Origin: Clostridia bacterium
GTDB lineage: Bacteria; Bacillota; Clostridia; RUG12999
Reading direction: 5' to 3'
DNA: 63,474 nucleotides
NCBI GenBank assembly: GCA_045546415.1
Contig: JAZQCS010000121.1
Span: forward strand, 1 to 63,474
Position numbers and translations under genes: made by a program. Shown piece by piece: positions 27,730-37,726 of the stretch. Each line of letters opens with the position of its first letter. The first letter of the stretch is position 1. The notes beneath the pieces are model-generated. The model did no database searches. It was not told the origin of the DNA and saw nothing but the letters and a program-made list of their open reading frames with translations.

Positions 27730-28572
27730 ATGTATATAGAACTGTTGAACCGCGTATCATCGGACTTCCCCATAGAATATTATTATACCGATACAAACGA
27801 AAAACCTCGTTTCCGATTCCCTGCCCAATGGCATTCGGATGTTGAAATGTTGCATATCCTTGAGGGAAATTTCTCTGTAACGCTTAACAATGACAGCTAT
27901 ACTCTCTGTGCGGGCGATGTTCTTTTTATTAATCCCGAAACCATTCACAGCGGTACCCCAAAAAACTGCATTTATGAATGCGTGGTTTTTAATCCTTCAC
28001 TGCTTTTTTCAGAAACCTTCGGTTGCCGCTTTTTCTTTGAAGGCCTGGCAACCTGCGAATATTTTGTAAATGAATATTTCCCTGCAGGCTCCGAGCAAGC
28101 TCTGCTGGCAGAGAAAATATTTGAAAGTATAGCAACACGCACACCGGGATATAAATTCAGAGTGATTGGTGCCTTCTATGATTTTTTCGGCAATATTGTA
28201 GATAAACACCTCTATTCCGCCACTACCGAAAAGGACACCTTTAAAAATCGTGACATTCAAAGGCTGAAAAGTGTAATTACCTATATACAGGCAAATTACT
28301 CAGCTCCCCTGACCCTGAATCAGCTTGCGGAAACCACAGAACTTTCTGCCAGGTACTTTTGCTCATTTTTCAGAAGGATGACGGGTAAAACTCCCTTTGC
28401 CTATCTTACCGAATACCGCATAACCCGTGCCGCTCAGAAGCTCACAGATTCCAATCTCAGCATTACAGAAATAGCATATTCCTGCGGTTTCAACGACCTG
28501 AGTCACTTTATAAAAACCTTCAGGCAAAACAAAGGGGTCTCTCCCGGAGAATATCGCAAAAAAGAATGTTGA
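27730..28572 (+). CDS. AraC-family regulator (cupin + HTH), paralog of 23265-24107
   Basis: Same motif series (DFPIEYYY, WHSDVEMLHILEG, GDVLFINPETIHSGTP, GFNDLSHFIKTFRQNKGVSPGEYRK). GGAGGTG RBS before the ATG at 27730; the longer ORF from 27526 covers promoter DNA. Confidence 0.9.
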   Translation: MYIELLNRVSSDFPIEYYYTDTNEKPRFRFPAQWHSDVEMLHILEGNFSVTLNNDSYTLCAGDVLFINPETIHSGTPKNCIYECVVFNPSLLFSETFGCRFFFEGLATCEYFVNEYFPAGSEQALLAEKIFESIATRTPGYKFRVIGAFYDFFGNIVDKHLYSATTEKDTFKNRDIQRLKSVITYIQANYSAPLTLNQLAETTELSARYFCSFFRRMTGKTPFAYLTEYRITRAAQKLTDSNLSITEIAYSCGFNDLSHFIKTFRQNKGVSPGEYRKKEC

Positions 28573-28577
28573 AAAAG

Positions 28578-28871
28578 TTATTCTTCAAAATCGAGACAGA
28601 GTCTGGTTTGGGTAAAAGGACGGACAAAGTTATCCGCAACAAAAACATGGTTGGGATGCACGGCATAGCCCTTCAGAGCCTCTTCGCTTTCAAACTCGGA
28701 ATAAAGCATAACATCTGCATTTGAAGAGGCAAGCTTTTCGGTTTGTACCTGAATTTTCAGAAGCCCCGGAATTTTTCCCGAAAGGCTTTCGAGATTTTCC
28801 TTTATGTTCTTTTTTACATCATTGTTGTTGCAGTCCTCTTTCAGTTTCCATAAAATTATGTGTTTTACCAT
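28578..28871 (-). CDS. Dabb (stress-responsive A/B barrel) family protein
   Basis: 97 aa. MVKHIILWKLKE... and ...HPNHV... are typical of Dabb domains. Confidence 0.8.
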   Translation of the reverse strand: MVKHIILWKLKEDCNNNDVKKNIKENLESLSGKIPGLLKIQVQTEKLASSNADVMLYSEFESEEALKGYAVHPNHVFVADNFVRPFTQTRLCLDFEE

Positions 28872-29073
28872 TTTCTTTTAATCCTTTCCTATTTTATCTT
28901 CTAATATTTTAACACAACAGAATACCAATGTAAACACAAAAATAATGGAATTTTCTGTAAAAATTAAAAAAAGTGAATTTTTTTCAATTTCCCCCTTGTT
29001 TTTTGTTTCAAAATCTAGTATAATATAATAGTGTCTTTTTTTATTTAACTAATTTTTTGAGGGAGGTCAGCAC

Positions 29074-29745
29074 ATGGCAACAAAAAAAATCGCCATTGAC
29101 GGACCTGCAGGTGCAGGCAAAAGTACAATTGCAAAACACCTTGCAAAAAAAATGGGTTTCGTTTATGTTGATACCGGTGCTATGTACCGCAGCGTTGCTC
29201 TTTTTTGCATAGAGCACGGGGTTTCTCCATCATGTGAGAATGAGGTAAACGGTCTTCTCCCTGAAATTGATGTTGACATAAAATACGAAAACGGCGTTCA
29301 GCAGATTTTTCTGTGCGGGCGAAATGTCAGCGAGCTTATACGCACACCTGAGGTTTCCATGGGTGCTTCGGATGTTTCAAAGCACGGCAAGGTGCGTGAA
29401 TATCTTGTAAAGCTTCAGCAGGGCATTGCAAGCCGTCAGAATGTTATTATGGACGGTCGGGATATTGCAACCGTTGTTCTTCCCGATGCAGATGTTGCGG
29501 TTTTCCTTACAGCAGATGTTGAGGACAGAGCAAAACGCAGATACGACGAACTTGTTTTAAAGGGTGAAAAGGTTTCCTTTGAAGAAGTTCTTGAGGATAT
29601 GAAAATCCGTGACCATAACGATTCCACCCGGGCAAACTCTCCTCTGAAACAGGCTGATAACGCTATTCTTGTTGATACCACCGGCTGTACCCTTGAGGAA
29701 GCAATTGAAAAGCTTACAGCCATCATAACCGGCAACCTTAACTGA
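29074..29745 (+). CDS. cmk: Cytidylate kinase
   Basis: IAIDGPAGAGKST P-loop, VDTGAMYR and GRDIATVV motifs. Confidence 0.95.
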   Translation: MATKKIAIDGPAGAGKSTIAKHLAKKMGFVYVDTGAMYRSVALFCIEHGVSPSCENEVNGLLPEIDVDIKYENGVQQIFLCGRNVSELIRTPEVSMGASDVSKHGKVREYLVKLQQGIASRQNVIMDGRDIATVVLPDADVAVFLTADVEDRAKRRYDELVLKGEKVSFEEVLEDMKIRDHNDSTRANSPLKQADNAILVDTTGCTLEEAIEKLTAIITGNLN

Positions 29746-29757
29746 GGTGATTTTTAA

Positions 29758-30363
29758 ATGTATAATTTTTGTATAAAACTTGTGCGCCTGTATTACAAGC
29801 TGTTTTTCAGAGTGAGATATCACGGTGCGGAAAACCTGCCTGCTGAAGGCGGAGCGCTTATTTGTCCCAATCATTTAAGCAATAATGATCCGGTACTGGT
29901 TGCCAGCAATGTTTTCAGACCCATGCGTTTTATGGCAAAAAAAGAGCTTTTCCGCGTTCCCATTCTGAGCAGCGTAGTAAAGGCCTTCGGAGCATTTCCC
30001 ATTGACCGTTCAACCTCCGACCTGGGAGCCGTAAGAACAACAATGGCAATTCTCAAAGACGGCAACCCCCTTGTAATTTTCCCTGAAGGAAGACGCAATA
30101 AAGAATTTGTTGCCGAAAATATCAAACCGGGCGTAGTAACCATTGCAGCAAAAGCCGGTGTTCCAATATTACCGGCATACATAAAAGGAAAATACCGTCT
30201 TTTCGGAAAAACAGAGCTTTTCTTCGGCAAACCCATCCCTCCCGAAAAGCTTCACGAGGTTATTGAACACGCCTCGGCCGACAAAGAAAACAAAAACAAA
30301 ATACTCAGCCGCTTTTTATACGATGCTATAACCGGCGCTGAAGGAGAGGTAAAAGTTGATTAA
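29758..30363 (+). CDS. plsC: 1-acyl-sn-glycerol-3-phosphate acyltransferase
   Basis: NHLSNNDP (HX4D) and FPEGRR motifs. Confidence 0.85.
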   Translation: MYNFCIKLVRLYYKLFFRVRYHGAENLPAEGGALICPNHLSNNDPVLVASNVFRPMRFMAKKELFRVPILSSVVKAFGAFPIDRSTSDLGAVRTTMAILKDGNPLVIFPEGRRNKEFVAENIKPGVVTIAAKAGVPILPAYIKGKYRLFGKTELFFGKPIPPEKLHEVIEHASADKENKNKILSRFLYDAITGAEGEVKVD

Positions 30364-32719
30364 ACTTACTCTTGCAGAACAGGCAGGCTTTTGTTTTGGC
30401 GTACGCCGTGCGGTTGACCGTGCGACTCTGCTGGGACAAGCTGAAGGAAATGTTATTAACACTTACGGTGAGCTTATTCACAATTCTCAGGAAATTGAAC
30501 GCCTGAAAAAGCTGAACATCATACCTGTGCAAACGCCGGATGAGGTAACCAGCTCAAAGGTTATTCTCCGCACCCACGGAGTAGGTAAGGAAACAGTCCG
30601 CAGTTTTGAAGACCGCGGAATTGAAATAATCGACCTTACCTGTCCCTTTGTTAAGAAAATTCACGCCATTGCAGAAAAATACAGTAAGCAGGGCTATTTC
30701 ATAGTAATTGTAGGTGACCGCAACCACCCCGAGGTTCAGGGTATATGCGGATGGTCCTGCGGTGATTATGCCGTTGTTGACCCCACCGAGCCTTACCTTG
30801 ATGTTAAGGAAACAGGCAAAAAAAATCTGTGTGTTGTTTCCCAGACAACCCTCGACAGAAGCTCCTGGGAAAAATGCACGGAATATATCAGCGCAGGTTT
30901 TGGAAAAGACCGCGAAATTCTTATTTTTGACACAATTTGCAGTGCAACCTCCGAGCGTCAGTCAGCGGCACTCCGTTTGGCAAAGGAATCGGATGTAATG
31001 CTTATTGTCGGAGGAAAACACAGTTCAAACACGAAAAAGCTTTTCAAGGTTTGCAGCGATGTTTGTCCTCTTGTGTATCACATCGAAGATGCCAATGAAA
31101 TTCCCGAAAATTTACGGGAGCTTCAAAAAATAGATAAAACTATTAAAATTGGTATAACGGCCGGAGCCTCAACGCCCGACCAAATAATAAAGGAGGTTAT
31201 TAAAACCATGGAAAACAAAGAGATTTTAAATAATCAGGAGGAGCAGAGCTTTGCGGAAATGTTCGAACAGTCCCAGCAGGCTCAGGTTACATTGACAACC
31301 GGCGAAACAAAAACCGGTAAAGTTGTCAAGGTTACACCTACAGAAGTTGTTGTTGATTTAGACTTCAAGTTCGAAGGCGTAATTAAGCTTGAAGACCTTA
31401 CAGACGACCCCGATGCAACCCCCGCAGACATCTGCAAAGTTGGCGATGAAATCGAAGTTTTCATCATCAGAGTTAACGACTCCGAAGGTGTAGTTTCTCT
31501 TTCCAAGAAAAAGCTTGAACAGGCAAAGAACTGGGAAGCTATTTTAGCCGCTGCTGAAAGCGAAGAAATTCTCACCGGTAAGGTAGTTGATGTTCTTGCA
31601 AGCGGTGTAATCGTATTCGTAAAAGGCAACAAGGTATTCGTTCCTGCTTCTCAGGCTGCAGAGCGTTATGTTGCTGACCTTTCCACACTCAGAGGCGAAG
31701 AAGTAAGCCTTCGCATTATCGATGTTAACGAAAGACGCCACAGAGTTGTTGGTTCAATCAAGAAGGTTGCCAAGGAAATTGCTCAGAAAGCAAAAGAAGA
31801 AGCATTTGCTAAAATTGCAGTTGGTGACATAATCGAAGGTACAGTTAAATCTGTTACCGATTTCGGTGCTTTTGTTGATATCGGCGGCGTAGAAGGTCTT
31901 GTTCATGTAAGCGAGCTTACATGGAAGAAGGGTGTTCAGCCTAAGGATGTTGTAAATGTTGGTGATACTCTTTCTGTATTCATCAAGGCTATTGATACAG
32001 AAAAAGGCAAGGTTTCTCTTGGCCATAAGAATCCCGAAGATGACCCCTGGGTTAAGTTTACAGCTAAGTACACTGTTGGCGATATCGCAAACGGTACAGT
32101 TGTAAGACTTGTTCCCTTCGGTGCTTTCATTGACATTGACGGCGTTGACGGTCTTATCCACATCAGCGAGCTTTCCTGGAAGCCCATCAAACATCCCTCC
32201 GAGGTTCTTGCTGAAGGACAGGTTGTTGAAGTAACAATCAAGGACATTGACCTTGAAAAGAAAAAGATTTCTCTTGGCTACAAGAAAATTGAGGACAACC
32301 CCTGGGAAATCTTCAAGAGCAAATACAATGTTGATGATGTTGTTAAATGTAAGGTTGTAAGAATTGTTCCCTTCGGTGCTTTTGCTGAAATCATCGACGG
32401 TGTTGACGGTCTTATCCACATTTCTCAGATTGTTCCCGACAGAAGAATCAACGCAGTTACCGAAGTTCTTAACATTGGTGATGAGGTTGAAGCTAAGATT
32501 ACAGATATCAAGCTTGAATCCGGCAAGGTTTCTCTTAGCATAAAGGCGCTTACCGCTCCCGAAGAAGTTGCTGAAGAAGTGGTAGAAGAGGAAGAAGAAG
32601 TTTACGAGGTTCCCGCTGAAGAACCCGGCAAAACCGCTATGGAAGAAGCTCTTGAAAAGGTAGAAGTTGAAGCTGCTGAAGAAGCTGCAGAAGAAGCTAC
32701 CGAAGAAACTGCTGAATAA
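30356..32719 (+). CDS. ispH: Bifunctional 4-hydroxy-3-methylbut-2-enyl diphosphate reductase / 30S ribosomal protein S1 fusion
   Basis: N-terminal IspH (GFCFGVRRAV, HNPEVQG, SSNT). This is followed by four S1 OB-fold repeats (G..V.G.V..V..FGAFVDI.G..GL.H.SE) and an acidic E/A/V tail. TTG start 7 nt after GAAGGAGAGG. Confidence 0.9.
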   Translation: MIKLTLAEQAGFCFGVRRAVDRATLLGQAEGNVINTYGELIHNSQEIERLKKLNIIPVQTPDEVTSSKVILRTHGVGKETVRSFEDRGIEIIDLTCPFVKKIHAIAEKYSKQGYFIVIVGDRNHPEVQGICGWSCGDYAVVDPTEPYLDVKETGKKNLCVVSQTTLDRSSWEKCTEYISAGFGKDREILIFDTICSATSERQSAALRLAKESDVMLIVGGKHSSNTKKLFKVCSDVCPLVYHIEDANEIPENLRELQKIDKTIKIGITAGASTPDQIIKEVIKTMENKEILNNQEEQSFAEMFEQSQQAQVTLTTGETKTGKVVKVTPTEVVVDLDFKFEGVIKLEDLTDDPDATPADICKVGDEIEVFIIRVNDSEGVVSLSKKKLEQAKNWEAILAAAESEEILTGKVVDVLASGVIVFVKGNKVFVPASQAAERYVADLSTLRGEEVSLRIIDVNERRHRVVGSIKKVAKEIAQKAKEEAFAKIAVGDIIEGTVKSVTDFGAFVDIGGVEGLVHVSELTWKKGVQPKDVVNVGDTLSVFIKAIDTEKGKVSLGHKNPEDDPWVKFTAKYTVGDIANGTVVRLVPFGAFIDIDGVDGLIHISELSWKPIKHPSEVLAEGQVVEVTIKDIDLEKKKISLGYKKIEDNPWEIFKSKYNVDDVVKCKVVRIVPFGAFAEIIDGVDGLIHISQIVPDRRINAVTEVLNIGDEVEAKITDIKLESGKVSLSIKALTAPEEVAEEVVEEEEEVYEVPAEEPGKTAMEEALEKVEVEAAEEAAEEATEETAE

Positions 32720-32740
32720 TCAGGTTTTACAGAAAACACA

Positions 32741-32765
32741 CCCCCATTGCTGTTGCAATGGGGGT
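32741..32765. terminator. Bidirectional hairpin terminator between convergent genes
   Basis: cccccattgc-tgtt-gcaatggggg, a perfect 10-bp stem. Confidence 0.65.
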
Positions 32766-32773
32766 TAATCATT

Positions 32774-33769
32774 TCAAAAACCGCAAGCCTTAAGAACATA
32801 CCTGTAAAGCATCAACTCATAATCATAACTCCACGGATTTTCTTTTTCGCCCCTTACCATTTCACCAAAGGCTGCCATCATACTGTCATAACGGTCAAAC
32901 CCGCCCGTTGTTTCAAAAGGGGCATCTGCGTGCCATCCGTCACTGTATACCTCTCTGTATTCTGTTGTCAGGAAAGGGTACTCTTCGGCATTTTCAAGCG
33001 GTCTTATTTCTACTGTTCCCTTCGTTCCCGTAACAACAAGTTGTCGCCTTTTAAAGCCGCCCCGTTCAATATCGGTAGTTTTGGCAAAGGAAACACCGTT
33101 TTTATATTCAAAAATCGCCATACCGAAATCCTCACCCGAAACTCCTTCCATGCCGGTGCGTTTATTAAGGGGAATTACTCTTTCCGGTTCACCTTGTAGT
33201 TGCAAAATCAAATCAACAAGATGACACCCCAGGTAAAACATCATTCCGCCGGGGAAATTTTCCATCCATTGCCGTACATTGCGGGGATGAAATCCGCTCA
33301 TTTGCGCTTCAGCACTTATAATTTCCCCAAGCTCGCCGCTTTTTACCTTTTCCATAAGCGACATAATGCAGGGATTGTAACGGTACATATACCCCGTGTG
33401 AAAAACTGTTTTGTTTTTCTTTACAATGTTTATAAGCTTTTCAAACCCCGCAGGGTCAACCCCTCCGGGTTTTTCCATATGTATATGCTTACCTGCCTGC
33501 GCCGCCATAATCGCATACCTGACAAGATGAATTTCATCGGTTTCCACAGTTACCGCCTCAATTTCTCTGTCATTCAGAATTTCCTCTACGGTCATTTCTC
33601 TGTAGCCGTCAAAAGTGCCCATTCGTTCGGGCATTGTCTGTTTTTCGTTTTCAGGAAGGGCATAACCCACAATCTCAAAAATATCCGATTGTTTTTTTAT
33701 ACTTGCAAAAACCTCCGGTCCGTGGGAATTTTTATTCATTCCAATCTGGGCAATTTTTATCCTTCGCAT
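32774..33769 (-). CDS. Gfo/Idh/MocA-family NAD(P)-dependent oxidoreductase
   Basis: N-terminal Rossmann IKIAQIGMNKNSHG and the EKP motif (HIHMEKPGG). Its start overlaps the upstream stop (TAATG). Confidence 0.85.
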   Translation of the reverse strand: MRRIKIAQIGMNKNSHGPEVFASIKKQSDIFEIVGYALPENEKQTMPERMGTFDGYREMTVEEILNDREIEAVTVETDEIHLVRYAIMAAQAGKHIHMEKPGGVDPAGFEKLINIVKKNKTVFHTGYMYRYNPCIMSLMEKVKSGELGEIISAEAQMSGFHPRNVRQWMENFPGGMMFYLGCHLVDLILQLQGEPERVIPLNKRTGMEGVSGEDFGMAIFEYKNGVSFAKTTDIERGGFKRRQLVVTGTKGTVEIRPLENAEEYPFLTTEYREVYSDGWHADAPFETTGGFDRYDSMMAAFGEMVRGEKENPWSYDYELMLYRYVLKACGF

Positions 33770-34788
33770 TAAACTTCACTCCAATCAAACTGAACAACTG
33801 TAGGGAAATCTTTTTCGTTTATAAGCCGTGTATATACCTCTTCACAATTTGCAGGTGTATGTGTTTCCCTTATCATATCCTCCAGAGCAATTCTTCCGCC
33901 CTCGCACAGTTTCAGCACAGCTTTTATATCATCCCGATGTGTGAAGCACCCGGGATACGACTCTGTTTCGGGTCGTGCCATTGTATGAGCCCCAATAAGA
34001 GATATACCCGGAAAATGCACTTTCCGGTAATAATCAATGGTGAATTCCTTGTTTCGTGTGCAGCCCAGAAGTGCCACTCTGCCAAAGGGTGCCATACAAT
34101 CCAATATGCCATCAAGTCCTGCGCCCACTCCTGTAACTTCAATTCCCGCTTTTGCGCCGCCACCCGTTACATCTTTTACTTTTGCGGCAAAATCCGCATC
34201 AAATGGGTCAAAAGCATAATCCGCACCGTAAACCAGTGCTTCCTCCCGTCTTTTTTCTATAGGGTCAACCGCAATAACCGGTGCCGCACCCCCTGCTCTT
34301 AAAAGCTTTACTGCAATTTGTCCCAGTATTCCCAATCCCATTACTATGGCAGGTTCACCCAATTCAAGGCGGGTTTTTCGCACCGCTGCAAGAGGAAAGG
34401 TTGCAATAAAGCTTATTGCCGCTTCACGAAGGGATACATCACCCTCAACTTTTACAACATTGTTTTCGTGTACTGTGTTGTATTTTTTATGATGCCCCCA
34501 GTAAACAACAACTTTGTCCCCTACACTGACATTCTGTACATTCTCACCTGTTGCCACAACCGTACCTGCACTGCTGTAGCCTACCATTCTGGGGAAAACC
34601 ACAGAGGATGCACCGTTTCCCGACACATTCGGGTCACCTGTCAGGTTTGCTTTTTCCGTACCGCAACTTATTGTGCTGAAAGCCGTTTCCACCACCACCT
34701 CATATGCCGAAGGCTCACGGTATTCCACATCCAGCAGCTTTGCAGTATTAACCTCTGTAAATATAATCTGTTTGTTTTTCATAAACAT
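33769..34788 (-). CDS. Zinc-type (MDR) alcohol/polyol dehydrogenase family protein
   Basis: GTEKA... / GDKVVVYWGHH and a GLGILGQIAVKLL (GxGxxG) Rossmann fold. Translationally coupled to the downstream gene. Confidence 0.8.
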   Translation of the reverse strand: MFMKNKQIIFTEVNTAKLLDVEYREPSAYEVVVETAFSTISCGTEKANLTGDPNVSGNGASSVVFPRMVGYSSAGTVVATGENVQNVSVGDKVVVYWGHHKKYNTVHENNVVKVEGDVSLREAAISFIATFPLAAVRKTRLELGEPAIVMGLGILGQIAVKLLRAGGAAPVIAVDPIEKRREEALVYGADYAFDPFDADFAAKVKDVTGGGAKAGIEVTGVGAGLDGILDCMAPFGRVALLGCTRNKEFTIDYYRKVHFPGISLIGAHTMARPETESYPGCFTHRDDIKAVLKLCEGGRIALEDMIRETHTPANCEEVYTRLINEKDFPTVVQFDWSEV

Positions 34789-34900
34789 TACCTCGCAAAA
34801 TATTGTATCTCATATGGATTGTACTATATTGACACAACAAATAAAATATATTATAATATAAAAAAGAGGTAATATTCTATAAAAAACGAGGTGTTTCCCT

Positions 34901-35671
34901 TTGAAAAGTGTAATTTCCTATGATAATTTTCTGTTTCTCAACATAAAGTTCAAAAACTATCATCATACCGATAACAGAGCAGGTTGTCCCTATCATTATC
35001 TTGCAAAGCTTTTAAAAGGCACGGCTAAAATTGTATCCGAAAACAAAACTCTTGAAATAAAAGCAGGGGATGTTTTTTACATCCCCAAAAACCTCCCCTA
35101 TCAATCCTATTGGTATGGAAACGAAAACGGCGATGTGGACTTTCTTTCCTTTGGTTTTGATGAGCTTGAAACAAAAGAACTGTTAAAGTATGAACTTCAG
35201 GTTATTCCCGTAACCCCCGGAACCTCTGCAAAAATCGACAATATTCCCACAAACGGAAACCACATCACCTGTAAAAGTCTAAGCATTTTTTATGATGCTC
35301 TTGCGGATATTCTTCCCGTTCTGAAAATCGGTTACGAGGATAAAGAGGAAATGCTGGTAAAAAAAATCAAACAGTGTATTCATATGCATCCTCACGCGTC
35401 TTTGGGTGAAATTGCCGGGATGTGCGCTGTCAGTGAACCTTACTTGTACCTTTTATTCAGGAAAAACACCCGTTACACTCCAAACTTCTACAGACAACAG
35501 GTTTTGTGTAAGCTCGGAGTGGAACTGCTTATTACCACGGACAATAAAATTGAAGACATTTCTGCCTCATTAAATTTCAGTTCCGCTTCCTATTTTCGCA
35601 AAATCCTGAAGCTTCATACCGGCAAAACGCCCCGTGAAATACGGAAAGAAAGAAGCCTTCGGACTATGTAA
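34901..35671 (+). CDS. AraC-family regulator
   Basis: Cupin (AGDVFYIPKNLPY) plus a C-terminal AraC HTH (SASYFRKILKLHTGKTPREIRK). TTG start. Confidence 0.8.
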   Translation: MKSVISYDNFLFLNIKFKNYHHTDNRAGCPYHYLAKLLKGTAKIVSENKTLEIKAGDVFYIPKNLPYQSYWYGNENGDVDFLSFGFDELETKELLKYELQVIPVTPGTSAKIDNIPTNGNHITCKSLSIFYDALADILPVLKIGYEDKEEMLVKKIKQCIHMHPHASLGEIAGMCAVSEPYLYLLFRKNTRYTPNFYRQQVLCKLGVELLITTDNKIEDISASLNFSSASYFRKILKLHTGKTPREIRKERSLRTM

Positions 35672-35676
35672 TTTAC

Positions 35677-36294
35677 TTACAACAACACCGTCTTAATCTG
35701 ATTTTTAAGCTCCGAAAAGGAAACCAGAATTTCCATAGTCCGTGTTTCCTCCTTAAGGGACCCCCGTGGTATTAAAAACACAAACCCTTCGGGGCATACA
35801 TAGTAGCCTGTATTCTGCCACGAGGAATAAAGTCTGCTGTGCCAGTCGGAAAAAAACTTTTCTCCCGATGCAATTTTCTCCTTTATTTTCCCCGAAAGAA
35901 TGTACAGTATCATTTCCCGATACCGCACATTTCCCCGAAAAAACTCTTTAATATTCACCCCCGACCCATCTGAGGTGTTCCACACCGCACCGGTTACACA
36001 ATTATAGGGTTTTAATTTTTCGTCAAACAGATGCATTTCGTATTTGAAGGAAATCACAAACCTTGATGTGTACATAAGCTGATAGCACCTTGTTATGCTG
36101 TTTTCCTCTTCCATTTTTTCTCCGATACACGCTGCATATTTCACAAATTCACCGCAGGCATGCCTCGAAAAGTTGTTTATTGTCCGGGTTGCACTGTTCT
36201 CCGGCTTTGTTATAACCGGACAGTAGGAGGTATACTGGAGCTTTCCCACTTCTCCGCTTATTATTTCCGGAGTAATTGTGTATAAATTTCTCAT
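35677..36294 (-). CDS. Hypothetical protein with a DUF3298-like C-terminal end (RsiV/PdaC-type fold), no signal peptide
   Basis: The C-terminal YYVCPEGFVFLIPRGSL...MEILVSFSEL resembles the DUF3298 signature. Start taken at the ATG after AGGTGGG. Confidence 0.45.
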   Translation of the reverse strand: MRNLYTITPEIISGEVGKLQYTSYCPVITKPENSATRTINNFSRHACGEFVKYAACIGEKMEEENSITRCYQLMYTSRFVISFKYEMHLFDEKLKPYNCVTGAVWNTSDGSGVNIKEFFRGNVRYREMILYILSGKIKEKIASGEKFFSDWHSRLYSSWQNTGYYVCPEGFVFLIPRGSLKEETRTMEILVSFSELKNQIKTVLL

Positions 36295-36404
36295 TTTCCC
36301 ACCTGCTTTCTTACTATATACATATGAGAAATACATTGCCGTTATCACTCTTGACTAAATTGTTCCTATGTGGTAAAATAAATGATATAAAGGATGTGAT
36401 ATCA

Positions 36405-37475
36405 ATGCAAAACCAGGATTTTTTCTATCCGTCATTTTCTCCTGCTGAGGAATATTTCCGCAACTTTTTTCAGAACTTCCCGGCAGTTTATAACGACCCG
36501 CTTTACCGCCTTTTCGGACATCTTTTCATTTCCGCAACCAACGCCGCCTTCATAAACGACATTCCCGAACAGTCAAACCGGCTTTTTTCTGTTCCCCTTC
36601 CGGAGGATACCTTTAAAAATCTTAATGCTACCGGTGGCAGCAACGTTGTTTTTTCAATGCATCAACGCTATATTCCTTCCAGGTTTCATTGCCACGGATA
36701 TTTTGAAATGATTTATCAGTACAGCGGTTTCTGTATCCATAACATAAACGGTTTTGAGCTTCGGACAAAACCCGGTGATCTTATAATTCTCACTCCTTAC
36801 ACCTATCACTCGGTTATTTCTCCGTGCGACGACGGTCTTGCTGTTAACATCGGAATAAAATGCTCCGATTTCATGGAAAAATACCCCTACATTTTAAACG
36901 ACAGTTCGCCTCTCTCCCGGTTTTTCAAAAGTTTCAAAGGTGAAGGTAAAAAAACCTACGATTTTATTCTGTTTGAAACTACTGAAAAAAATTTGCCTTC
37001 GCATATTGTACTGCACCCTTTGACAGTACAGAATGCCGATAATAATGTTAACAGTACAGAAATCAGCATCTACCTTCAATCTGCCGTTCATCAGATTTTC
37101 TCTTCTCTGCTTCTGTTTTGCGACAAATTCATTCTAATGCCCTATACCAATAAAAATACCGATACCCTCATAAAAATTATGCTATACATGAAAAACAACT
37201 ATAAAACAGTTGACCTCGGAACTCTTTCAAAAGAGTTTCACTTCACCGAGCCCTACCTCAGCCGAATGATAAAATCCGGAACAGGACGCACTTTTTCCCA
37301 GCTCTTATGTAATATCCGTCTGAATTCCTCGCTCCTTCTACTTGAAAAAACAAAGCTGCCCATTGCAGAAATTTCTGCAATGGTCGGTTATAAAGCACCC
37401 GAAAACTATATGCGGAATTTCAAAACCGTATACGGAATAACTCCTTCAGAGCACAGAAAAAGCAAAAAAGCATGA
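36405..37475 (+). CDS. AraC-family regulator
   Basis: HCHGYFEMIYQYSG cupin and a C-terminal HTH (EPYLSRMIKSGTGRTFSQ...GYKAPENYMRNFKTVYGITPSEHRK). The start is uncertain (36405 or 36324). Confidence 0.75.
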   Translation: MQNQDFFYPSFSPAEEYFRNFFQNFPAVYNDPLYRLFGHLFISATNAAFINDIPEQSNRLFSVPLPEDTFKNLNATGGSNVVFSMHQRYIPSRFHCHGYFEMIYQYSGFCIHNINGFELRTKPGDLIILTPYTYHSVISPCDDGLAVNIGIKCSDFMEKYPYILNDSSPLSRFFKSFKGEGKKTYDFILFETTEKNLPSHIVLHPLTVQNADNNVNSTEISIYLQSAVHQIFSSLLLFCDKFILMPYTNKNTDTLIKIMLYMKNNYKTVDLGTLSKEFHFTEPYLSRMIKSGTGRTFSQLLCNIRLNSSLLLLEKTKLPIAEISAMVGYKAPENYMRNFKTVYGITPSEHRKSKKA

Positions 37476-37571
37476 AGCTGAGCAGACGCTGAGAAACGAA
37501 GGTATATTTCGCGAGGTTGAATTCGTCGGCGTACGCGGGTACGGTAGAGTTCAACCTCGTGGAAAGCAAGA

Positions 37572-37606
37572 AACGAAGCGGTTTCCGAGAAGGAAACCGC
37601 TTCGTT
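37572..37606. terminator. Strong hairpin in a convergent intergenic region
   Basis: Perfect 15-bp stem aacgaagcggtttcc-gagaa-ggaaaccgcttcgtt. A second 10-bp hairpin cgaggttgaa...ttcaacctcg lies at 37512-37559. Confidence 0.65.
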
Positions 37607-37695
37607 ATGTTTAGTGTGAAAATGTTGAATTTTAAGCAAACCTATTCTTATTTGTTGTTTTTTCTTGCGGTAGACCGAGTTTGTCAGCGGTCTGA

Positions 37696-37724
37696 CCCGT
37701 TTTGCATTTGCAAAACGGGTTTTA
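37696..37724 (+). terminator. Intrinsic terminator
   Basis: cccgttttgca-tt-tgcaaaacggg followed by tttta. Confidence 0.65.
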
Positions 37725-37726
37725 TG

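Noticed and set aside
31754-32419. A 221-aa minus-strand ORF inside the S1 repeats, and apparent DNA periodicity in that region
   Set aside because: The ORF is antisense to the ispH/S1 fusion. The periodicity comes from the four homologous S1 OB-fold domains, not from a repeat element.
32560-32719. Similarity between the acidic E/V/A tail of IspH-S1 and the N-terminal tail of the 44079 protein (44100-44230)
   Set aside because: This is low-complexity compositional similarity only (GAA/GTT/GCT codon runs). It is not evidence of homology or of a repeat element.
33200-34872. A series of plus-strand ORFs of 184-222 aa
   Set aside because: All are antisense to the Gfo/Idh/MocA and MDR dehydrogenase genes. 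They are Cys/Phe/His-rich nonsense.
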